Assembly: GCA_002811645.1 (NCBI GenBank)
Contig: PDIP01000011.1
Coordinates: 4,435 to 68,434 of the forward strand
DNA from: Corallochytrium limacisporum Hawaii
Taxonomy: Eukaryota > Protista > Pluriformea
Direction of reading: 5' to 3'
DNA length: 64,000 nucleotides
Part shown: piece after piece, positions 55,461 through 64,000 of the stretch
Layout of the letters: the number at the start of each line of letters is the position of its first letter
Position numbering within the stretch: the first letter of the stretch is position 1
The notes under the pieces: model-generated
What the model was told of the DNA's origin: nothing
Database searches by the model: none
What the model saw: only the letters and a program-made list of their open reading frames with translations
Program-made: the position numbers and the translations under genes

Positions 55461-55464
<4 letters not shown>

Positions 55465-55683
55465 ACGCCACACGCGCACACAACGCACGGCATACGCCGC
55501 CAAACTCCACAAAATCGTCGGTCGGTTCGTTTCTTGCTTGGGGGAGGGGGGCCGCCCGAGTTCTAATTTTACCACCGCACCCAAAAACGATAACCGAACC
55601 AAAATAAAACTCAACCAAAGCACACTGGCCAAATCCCTGCCTTCTCTTCCCCCCCCCCACACATCCCCCCCCCCTTCTTTCTC

Positions 55684-55937
55684 NNNNNNNNNNNNNNNNN
55701 NNNNNNNNNNNNNNNNNNNNNNNNNNNNNNNNNNNNNNNNNNNNNNNNNNNNNNNNNNNNNNNNNNNNNNNNNNNNNNNNNNNNNNNNNNNNNNNNNNNN
55801 NNNNNNNNNNNNNNNNNNNNNNNNNNNNNNNNNNNNNNNNNNNNNNNNNNNNNNNNNNNNNNNNNNNNNNNNNNNNNNNNNNNNNNNNNNNNNNNNNNNN
55901 NNNNNNNNNNNNNNNNNNNNNNNNNNNNNNNNNNNNN
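55684..55937. other. Assembly gap
   Basis: N run. Confidence 1.
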
Positions 55938-56538
55938 CCCTTCTTTCTCTCTCTTCACCAACGATCCCTGATCCCTCAGGCACTGACCCGGGAAAGATCC
56001 CCCTCCCCCTCCGCTCCGGTAACATCGGGGCACCGAGGTGACCACCAGGAACCGAACAAAAAATGTCGTAGGATGAGTACCACGAAGAAGAGAAGTCGCT
56101 TCCCTTGCACCTCCCTCCCCCCCTCCCCCCAACTCCCCAATGGATCGGAAGGAGAGCTCGGTCTGGGCCTGAATTCATCTGACAGGGCCACAGGGCAGCA
56201 GGCACACAGCGAGAGCCGGAGAAGCGGAAGAAAAAAGTGGGCCATGTCACGGTTCCTTGCCTCGACGGAGAACGTACGGTTCGTAAACAACACACCTGAA
56301 GTGTACTTGGTTTGCGCAGTGCTCTCTGTGCGTGTGCTAAGTGACCCAAAGACACGATGTGCGAAACTTCGGCGCTGTCTTTGGTTCGCAGTCCCTTGTC
56401 AGTGTGTGGCAGACACGGTCTTAGGTGTTTGAATGAGGTCCTTCAGGTAGCTACAGCCCATCTGAATGTTAAGGTCATAACCTGGCGTGCCAGCTAAAGG
56501 TTACTATATAGTTCTATGTAACCAGTCTTGAACAAACC

Positions 56539-57726
56539 ATGGAGTCGCAGACGGAAACAACTAATAACGGAAGCAACGGCAAGGCCGTGGCCAATAATCC
56601 CTATGACAAGAAGACCTGGAAGGCCTGGTCCGTGTGGAAGGTCCTGCTGATGATCAACTTCCTGCTGTCCGGTACGGTAGTGAGTGCTATGCAGGCTGCC
56701 ACTTTGGTCATTTTCCCCATCAACCACAAACTGTACAGTACGATCAACAGTAAGATCGTCTACCTCATGTGGGCACAGATTATTTTCCTTGCCGACTGGT
56801 GGGCTAACATTAACGTGACCTTCTACGGTCGGGAAGAAGATTTCCAACTGGTCTCCCGGGAAGGCTCTATTGTGGTCCCCAACCACTGCAGTGACGTTGA
56901 CTGGCTGGTGGGATGGATTGTCGGCGAGCGCCGCGGCATGCTGACGACCACGAAGGCCCTCATAAAGAAGCAGGCCCTGTATCTGCCCTTGGTCGGCTGG
57001 AGCATGTGGTTCCTTGAGTGGGGATTCCTCGACCGCAACTGGGACAAGGACAAAGAGACCATGGACAGGACTTTCCGCATCCTCAAGGAGTACCCCCTGC
57101 CTTACTTTATGACGGTGTTTGCGGAGGGAACACGCCAGACTCCGAGCAAGCTCAAGGAATCACAAGAGTTCATGAAGTCCAAGGGTTATCCTGTGCTGAA
57201 GAATGTCATGTGGCCCAAGACGAAAGGCTTTGTGACCACCGTGCAGCACCTGCGTGACAATGTGGGCTGCATCACAGACGTTGTGTTTGGCTTCCCGGAG
57301 GGTAAGGCGCCGAACCTGGGCAAGATGATGAACGGTCAGGGCGGTGAGGTTCATGTCTACATGAACATGACTCCCATGAAAGATATTCCCAAGGACGACG
57401 AGGGCGTGAAGAAGTGGGTCGAAAATCTGTACATAGAGAAGGACAAGAAGCTGGAATATTTCAAGAAGCATGAGAAGTTTGATCATATTGTTGCCACCAA
57501 CATGAAGCGCAGCGTGTGGCCTTTGATCGTGACTGTGGGATGGGCCGGCTTCTGGACCGTGTCCCTGGGACCATCCATCTTCCACTGGTTTGTTAGCGGC
57601 AATGTTTGGGCCATCGGTTTGATTGGTGGTGGTTTTGCCGCTGCCACTGGCCTGATCATGGCCTTCGAAAACTTTACCAGTGCTGCGAAGGGTACGAAAT
57701 CTATAAGCAAGAAGAAGACCAATTGA
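56539..57726 (+). CDS. 1-acylglycerol-3-phosphate acyltransferase (AGPAT3/4-like)
   Basis: NHCSDVDW (HxxxxD), FLDRNW.KD, FAEGTR, PKTKGF; C-terminal TM helices and KKKTN dilysine-type ER signal. Confidence 0.93.
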   Translation: MESQTETTNNGSNGKAVANNPYDKKTWKAWSVWKVLLMINFLLSGTVVSAMQAATLVIFPINHKLYSTINSKIVYLMWAQIIFLADWWANINVTFYGREEDFQLVSREGSIVVPNHCSDVDWLVGWIVGERRGMLTTTKALIKKQALYLPLVGWSMWFLEWGFLDRNWDKDKETMDRTFRILKEYPLPYFMTVFAEGTRQTPSKLKESQEFMKSKGYPVLKNVMWPKTKGFVTTVQHLRDNVGCITDVVFGFPEGKAPNLGKMMNGQGGEVHVYMNMTPMKDIPKDDEGVKKWVENLYIEKDKKLEYFKKHEKFDHIVATNMKRSVWPLIVTVGWAGFWTVSLGPSIFHWFVSGNVWAIGLIGGGFAAATGLIMAFENFTSAAKGTKSISKKKTN

Positions 57727-57996
57727 GCAATCAAAGGGCGATAAAACATCAACCATGAAGCGTTATTTCCAATTATAAAGAAGCCATGTGATAGCAAATC
57801 AGCATGGCAAACTCGAAAGACATCATCGCCGCGTCTGTAAATAAAGCGATCGACTTGCAATGTACACAACCAACCGCACTGTGCGCCACTTCCACTCGCT
57901 TCCTCCCCACCAGCTTCCCGACTTCTCTCCTTCCGTCCGTACCCCCAATACCCCCAACCCCCTGCCCTTGGCTGCCCCCCCTCCCCCCCCAAAGGG

Positions 57997-58012
57997 AGGA
58001 GACCCGCGTGGA
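57997..58012 (+). promoter_or_regulatory. Candidate ribosome-biogenesis promoter motif, copy 2
   Basis: AGGAGACCCGCGTGGA, 15/16 identical to 31529-31544. Confidence 0.35.
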
Positions 58013-58413
58013 CCGCTGCAGGAAGCAGGACCCAAAGAAAGGGGTTGAAAGGGGGGGGGGTGTACCGCGAGGGAGGGTTTCTCTGGGTGGAAGTTGGCAG
58101 AGCTTCATTGCCCTTCAAACCATTCCGTCGTTGTAGACTACTCCATTTTCTCTACTATTGCCGGGCATCGACATCGACGAGTTATTTAAAGAAGTAGACC
58201 AAACAAGCGTGTGAGACATGTATTTTGATCGGCTGAGATATGTGCAGAAATCTTTCCAGCCGAAATCAGGTGGACCGCAATCTACTAATGTTCACAATAC
58301 AATAGGGAAGATTCAAGGGCTCGATAGTTTGCTAGTGCGTCTCCGGTATTTGGTTTAAGGAAGATCTTGCCCACATACATATACACTTATCCACTTGTTC
58401 AATAGCATTCAGA

Positions 58414-59301
58414 ATGGTGAAGAAGGGCACGAGCAGTAAGGTCTCAAAGACCTCCAACAAAGTGAAAGCCCAACGTAATGTCGAAGAGGAAAAGTCTGTC
58501 GATCTTATCCGTTGGGTCAACAAGCAGAGGGTTCTAGTGTTGGCCAGCCGTGGCATTACTCATCGTCCCCGCCACTTAGTCCAGGATCTCCGCATCCTCA
58601 TGCCTCACTCCAAGAAGGAGTCCAAGATGGACAAGAAGGACCGCCTTGAAACTATTAACGAAATCACAGAGCTGCGCCACTGCAACAAGTCGCTCTACTT
58701 TGAAATGCGCAGGCACTCTGATCTATACATGTGGATTAGTGCCACCCCAGCGGGACCATCTGCGAAGTTTCTGGTGGAAAACATTCACACCATGGACGAG
58801 ATGAAGCTGACCGGTAATTGCCTGAAGGGATCGAGACCATTGCTAGTTTTCGACAAAGTCTTTGATGACGAGGACCACCTGAAGGTCCTGAAGGCCATGT
58901 TCCGTCAGACTTTTGGTACTCCTAAGGGACATCCCAAATCCAAGGCCTTCATTGACCATATTATGTTGTTCACGGTCGCAGACCGAAGGATCTGGTTCCG
59001 GAACTATCAAATTGTTCAACCGGACCCGACTCTGGGTATGGACCCAAATGGTGAACCCACGCTTGCAGAGATAGGGCCCCGGTTCGTCCTGAATCCGTTC
59101 CGGATCTTCTCCGGATCCTTTTATGGCGCCACCCTCTGGGAAAATCCGCACTACATCTCACCGACTGCCATGCGCCGTAACCTGCGCCAAAAGCGGTCCA
59201 CGAAATATTCAACGAAGGTAAAGGGACACCTCTCCCGGCACGAGCGGGTCAGTGCCATTCCAGAAGTCAGGGACGCCCTGGGTGATGTGTTCAGGGAGTA
59301 A
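58414..59301 (+). CDS. BRX1: Brix-domain ribosome biogenesis protein Brx1
   Basis: NKQRVLVLASRGI, MPHSKKESK, GPSAKFLVENIHTMDEMKLTGNCLKGSRP, IWFRNYQI, EIGPRFVL. Confidence 0.97.
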   Translation: MVKKGTSSKVSKTSNKVKAQRNVEEEKSVDLIRWVNKQRVLVLASRGITHRPRHLVQDLRILMPHSKKESKMDKKDRLETINEITELRHCNKSLYFEMRRHSDLYMWISATPAGPSAKFLVENIHTMDEMKLTGNCLKGSRPLLVFDKVFDDEDHLKVLKAMFRQTFGTPKGHPKSKAFIDHIMLFTVADRRIWFRNYQIVQPDPTLGMDPNGEPTLAEIGPRFVLNPFRIFSGSFYGATLWENPHYISPTAMRRNLRQKRSTKYSTKVKGHLSRHERVSAIPEVRDALGDVFRE

Positions 59302-59475
59302 GGGCCAGAGAAAATGGCTCTGAGAAGTAAGACCCAAAACTAGTTTATCAATCAAAGTAAAGAAATCCATACACTCTTTTGAAATGAAGGCATCGAAAAG
59401 AGACGTTACAATAACGTTGGAACTGGTGAATTCCGTGCGAACACAATATGATGAAACAGAGAATTCATTGAAAAC

Positions 59476-61995
59476 TTATGATGATGTCGAGTTAATTGTG
59501 GAGAGCGGCACTCGTCTTGATCGCATCATGCCGATCGAAGTAATGCCCTTGCTCTTTGTTGCAGGTACAACGTGTGGGATGTTGTTCTCCTTTTCTGGCA
59601 CCGCTGATGTTGCGGACGTGATCATGGTCGGAGGACTGTCCGCAGCAGCTTTCGGGACCTCGACGGGTTCGGCTCTCCGCGGTGCGGGTGCCGGACTACC
59701 GCGCTCGAGCGTGGAGACGACTGTGGCACTGGCCGCGAGAGCGGCGGCTCGGCGGAAACTGAGCTCTGGCTCCTTGACCTTACGCTGGAGCTGGTCCATG
59801 ATCTCCCGTGTCACACTCTTGACCTCTTCCATGTTGCGGAAGTTATGCTTGGCAATCTGCTGCACGATCAGACCCATCTGTGCCTCGTCCACGGTGATCA
59901 GGTCGCTGTTCTTTTCCGCGACCTGGTCCAGAACAGTCGGCTTAAGGAAGCGATGGTTCAGCAGCTCTGCCACCGTGGCCCGCTCCTTGGGTTTCCGCTT
60001 CAGACAGGTGCGCAGAACGTCTCGTATCTCAGTGTCCGCAGACCGCAACGGTTCTGGTACGGGAGGTAGAGGGATCTCATGCTTGGGATCAGTGATAGCC
60101 TGCAGTTTCTGCACCATACTGAACTGTTGAAAGGGCGTCTTACCGTAGACCATGGAATACAGGATACATCCTAATGACCAGACGTCGCTTGGACGGCCGA
60201 TCTTAAGGATATGCTGACGCTTGCCGTTCTCGTCAAGGTTTACAACCGTACTTGAATCCTGAATTGCTTCAGGGCTCATATAGTTCAGTGTACCAACAGC
60301 AGCATCACGCACCGTGGACGTCTTATCGGTTTGGATCTGCTTAGCAATACCAAAATCAATCAACTTCAGCGAACCCTCCACACACAGAAAATTAGCGGGC
60401 TTCAGATCGGAGTGTACAATATTTTCGTCGTGGATGGTATTCACGGCATCAAGCATTTGTTCCCAGTATAACCGGAGGTAGTTGATTTCAATGCAATTAC
60501 TTCCAGGCGACCGTAATCGCTTCAACAATTTGCTAAAATCGCACTCACCTAGCTCCATAACAATGAGCATAGTCTCGATATCTTCGTGTTCTTCGTAGGC
60601 GACTACCTTGATGACATGAGCGCTCTTCTGCAGTCCTTTGAGCAGCTTAACCTCCTCCTTGTAGCCATTCTGTGTACTCTGAGATTCGCCCGCCAACTTT
60701 ACCTGCTTCAGAGCGTATAGTTTCAGGTCATCTCGATTCATGACTTTGTATACCTTTGAGGACCCTCCTTTTCCAATCAATTGTAATTTAACATAGCGGT
60801 TCCCTCCGACGACAATGTCACTCTCGGGATTCAACAGAGCGTCCTGACCGATGATCTTGCGGGGTTTTTGCGCCGATGACATGACATGCTGCTGATGAGC
60901 AGCGGCGGGGTAGCCGTTCGGGACCTGCCCAGGATGACCAATCATGGGCGCAGTCTGCTGTGGTGGGATAGTGGCCGACTGTGGATGGTAGTGCACATGT
61001 TGCTGCTGCTGTTGTTGTTGTTGCGGCTGTTGAGGTACCGGAGCCTGCATCTGCTGCATCGGAACGGGACGACCTTCGTCTCCGCTGCTTCCATGGCCCT
61101 GTTGGTGGTGGTACTGTGGCTGCTGATGACCATGCGGCATGATGACTGGTGGAGCATGATGCCCGTCCGGCATGGCCGGTATGGCAGTGGCTTGCGTGTG
61201 AAAGCCGGAACTTCGTGAAGAACTACTGAGGGATGCCTGGCTATTGCTACTCGTGGACGCGGTTGAGGTCGACGAGGTGGTATGGCCAAGAGTCCGGGAC
61301 GGGCCATTCATGGTCGCAGTGTTGCGATGCTGTGAATGCATGGTGTCAGCGGTACTGCGGGTTGTTGGTGGGTGCGCAGGGGTACGGTGTCGGTTCTGTT
61401 GCGGAGCAGGGCGAGTGGTGGAGCGCTGTCCCTGTTGTTGACCAACTGGTGCCTCGACTGTGACATCGCTGTCGGCAATCGAGGCATCTCTTGGCTCACG
61501 CTGAACTAGTCTGTCGAGCATGCTCGGCTCAAATAGCCGCTTGCCCTCCGCAAACCGATCCATGGCAATACTCATGATCTCAGCCTCCAACACAGGGTCC
61601 GCAGCCTTTTTTTCAATGAACTCAGAACCTTTCTGCAAAATTTCGACTGCCTTGTCATTGTTACCACCACGTGCCTCAAAATCCGCGTACATGATCCAGA
61701 ACACCGCCCGACGCTCACAGATACGCTCCCCCTTGAGGTAGCGGAACAGCAACCGTGCATCTTCATCTTCGCTCAACCCACAGAACTGCAACCAAATCTT
61801 GACATACTCTGCATTATTGGAATACGACTCTTTTGGGATGCTGTCCGTGGCCCGCTTGTAGAGCATGAGCAGCTTGTCTTTGCTCAGTCCAGTGCCAACA
61901 TCGTATAGAGTCTGCTCGTTTTCAAGGTACGTCAACCAAACAGACGGTGTGTTCTGCTTTATTGCAGACCGCCGAAGGGCGTCACGGTCCGGCAT
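59476..61995 (-). CDS. MPS1: Spindle-checkpoint kinase Mps1/TTK with N-terminal TPR-like domain
   Basis: IGKGGSSKVYKV, YALK, YWEQML.AV.TIH, HSDLKPANFL, LIDFGIAKQIQ, VGTLNYMSPEAI, SDVWSLGCILYSMVYGKTPF; N-terminal YVKIWL..ARLLF..FWIMYADFE. Confidence 0.95.
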   Translation of the reverse strand: MPDRDALRRSAIKQNTPSVWLTYLENEQTLYDVGTGLSKDKLLMLYKRATDSIPKESYSNNAEYVKIWLQFCGLSEDEDARLLFRYLKGERICERRAVFWIMYADFEARGGNNDKAVEILQKGSEFIEKKAADPVLEAEIMSIAMDRFAEGKRLFEPSMLDRLVQREPRDASIADSDVTVEAPVGQQQGQRSTTRPAPQQNRHRTPAHPPTTRSTADTMHSQHRNTATMNGPSRTLGHTTSSTSTASTSSNSQASLSSSSRSSGFHTQATAIPAMPDGHHAPPVIMPHGHQQPQYHHQQGHGSSGDEGRPVPMQQMQAPVPQQPQQQQQQQQHVHYHPQSATIPPQQTAPMIGHPGQVPNGYPAAAHQQHVMSSAQKPRKIIGQDALLNPESDIVVGGNRYVKLQLIGKGGSSKVYKVMNRDDLKLYALKQVKLAGESQSTQNGYKEEVKLLKGLQKSAHVIKVVAYEEHEDIETMLIVMELGECDFSKLLKRLRSPGSNCIEINYLRLYWEQMLDAVNTIHDENIVHSDLKPANFLCVEGSLKLIDFGIAKQIQTDKTSTVRDAAVGTLNYMSPEAIQDSSTVVNLDENGKRQHILKIGRPSDVWSLGCILYSMVYGKTPFQQFSMVQKLQAITDPKHEIPLPPVPEPLRSADTEIRDVLRTCLKRKPKERATVAELLNHRFLKPTVLDQVAEKNSDLITVDEAQMGLIVQQIAKHNFRNMEEVKSVTREIMDQLQRKVKEPELSFRRAAALAASATVVSTLERGSPAPAPRRAEPVEVPKAAADSPPTMITSATSAVPEKENNIPHVVPATKSKGITSIGMMRSRRVPLSTINSTSS

Positions 61996-62530
61996 GTCTG
62001 TTGATAAGAGTGTGTTATACCTCTTTGCTTCTTTACCCGGTACTACTTATGCCTTAAAGCTCATAACAATTTCCCGATGAGGCCTGTAAACCCGTGGCCG
62101 TTCTTGTCTCGTCCCCATATATACAATGAAATACTGTTAGATAACTTTTTCGCTGGAATTCCGATAAACAGATCTTTAAGTAGCCTCGTGACAAAAGCCC
62201 CCAGTTCCCATGATGTCCTTTCGTTCACCAACAAGAGCCGAGCATCTGATTCCATCCTTTTGTGCAATGGTGGGCCGGTTGTTCGTAATAGTAGCAACTG
62301 ACGAATGCGCCTGAGTGTTCACAACATGAAGACGAGAAGCTCAAATCATGACGCACTAACTCTCTCTCTCTCTCCCTCATTATTTATCTCTATCCTTTCC
62401 TGTGAGACCCTGCCAATTGCGCCATAGTCGCCAGCGAAACAAAACGAAGTGATGATGGTATTGCACTTTTGCTGCACACTCTCTCCCCCACACACTCAGC
62501 ACCGTTCGCTCCCTGGCACGTAAATTCTAT

Positions 62531-62549
62531 TTTCGAAATTTTGGCGCGG
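62531..62549 (-). promoter_or_regulatory. Candidate E2F plus CHR-like composite element upstream of MPS1
   Basis: Minus strand CCGCGCCAAAATTTCGAAA: E2F consensus TTTGGCGC (+ strand) next to TTCGAA, ~540 bp upstream of the ATG. Confidence 0.4.
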
Positions 62550-63606
62550 TTTCCATCGGCAAAACCCCACCAAATCTGCGCTAAAAAGTAAAAAGCGGGG
62601 AGGAGGGGGTTAAGACCTTGGAAGTGAGAGGCGGCCGTTTGGAATTGGGCCTCATACCCCAAAGGGCAGTGAAAAAGTGAGACCCCGGGTAGGGGCTCTC
62701 CAAAAATATTCCCGGTACATTCTCAGTACTTAAGCTGAAGGGATACAGTCCCCCCCCCCAAAAGCTGAGATCGCTCCTGGAACAGGGAACGAGAAATGAA
62801 GGAAAACCACTGGAGATTGTATGGCTGAGCGCTAATGCAGCGGGGCTCTGTGACATGTAAGTGCCCGTTGTGCAGGTCCGAAGACTGATCATGGGGCTGG
62901 AGATTATGCGCCCGACTGCGGGGCGTGCCTGCCGAGATCTGCAACTGTTGATTTGGGCAACGAAATCAAAACGCCATGTCCAGAGTGCCCGGCCAGTACT
63001 TTTGTAAAAAGCTGTGTGGTATGTACGAGCAAAAAATTTACTATGGAAGTGTGCTGTGTGCCGGAGGCTTTCTGCGGCTTCTATAGCCAATGTACCCACC
63101 GGCGGCTGCCCCTACCCCGGGGGGTGGTCCTGAAAGTGGCAATGAACGGCATCAATTGCGCATTTGGTGGAGCTGCATTTTGGAGGCGCGTAGCGAATGA
63201 ACGGCAGTCCCCCTGCGTTCCAGCCAACAGTCACGGAAGGGCACTAATTGCCGCCCCTCAGCTCCCAATCTGCGGAAGGTACGTTGATTCCAAAATTGAT
63301 TGGATTCCCAGCACTCCATTGAGGTGAAACGTTGCGGGAGAGGCGGGACCGGGCCCGAGGCGAGACTATATAGCTATCGGATTGGTGAATACACGACAAA
63401 TTCACTTCGTCCTGGTGCCACTTGCGGAATGTGCAAATTTGGAAACACTTTGCCTGTGTGTGGGCATGTGCGGAAAGAAAAAAAAATGGGGGGGGTTGGG
63501 GAAGCCAGGGGCCGCCCGGTCCAGTGCCCGGTCACCGTGGGGCGATAATACTTCGATACCCTTTAGTGTCTCAATTGCTGGCGTAGGGGAATACTGAAAG
63601 GGGGTA

Positions 63607-63672
63607 GCAGGGGCGAAGTGGCAAGAAAACCTCCCCTGTGCAGGGGCGAAGTGGCAAGAAAACCTTCCCTGC
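63607..63672. repeat. 33-bp tandem duplication, each unit a potential hairpin
   Basis: gcaggggcgaagtggcaagaaaacctcccctgt followed by gcaggggcgaagtggcaagaaaaccttccctgc; unit ends are complementary. Confidence 0.85.
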
Positions 63673-64000
63673 TTCCGGCAGGTGTGTGTTCTTTGTTGTT
63701 GTGCTTGGGGGACAAAAACTCGTGGGTTCTTGGTGTTAGTGCGGAGACTGGGCCGGCTGACACCGGTTGGGGAATACTCGTGGGGTTTTAACCCAAAGGT
63801 ACGATATTGAAAGGTCGCAGGCAAACCCGCACCTTTGGTCCAAGGCGGCGGCCGGGCTTTGGGCACGCACGATTGAGGAGGTGAAGACAGGAGGACACAA
63901 TGCCAATGGCTCCTAGTCGTTAACCCCAACTAGCGAAGTAAACACAGGGGAGACTCGGGGAAAAAGGACTCGGAAAAAAGGTGGTGGGTGTGGAGAAGAG

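Overview
Eukaryotic genomic DNA with two N-gaps (46005-46144, 55684-55937). About 17 protein-coding genes, each a single uninterrupted ORF, including ORFs of 5.9 kb and 3.7 kb. The gene set (tandem MyTH4-FERM myosin-like protein, AK5-type adenylate kinase, MRNIP, TPR-bearing Mps1) and intronless CDSs suggest an intron-poor unicellular holozoan such as a Corallochytrium-like organism; this is inference. Region 1-8.3 kb is accessory: a possible MITE, a frameshifted ankyrin pseudogene, an orphan Cys-rich ORF and a secreted knottin-like precursor. Then follow an SLC6 transporter, a 4x PPC-like surface protein, CaMKK, TIM10, the myosin-like gene, MRNIP, VPS16, a formiminotransferase, MYBBP1A/Pol5, a two-finger GATA factor, AK5, RCAN, NDOR1, an actin-fragmin-kinase-like gene, AGPAT, BRX1 and MPS1. 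Most notable: (i) the myosin head appears to have lost P-loop, switch I and switch II while keeping IQ and 2x MyTH4-FERM; (ii) an unassigned ~370-nt highly base-paired plus-strand element between VPS16 and the formiminotransferase, followed by a candidate 53-nt intron and two AUG-stop uORFs; (iii) an actin-fragmin kinase domain in an apparent holozoan; (iv) a near-identical 16-mer upstream of both ribosome-biogenesis genes. No tRNA, rRNA or CRISPR array was recognised. All family calls come from motif recognition by eye, not database searches.
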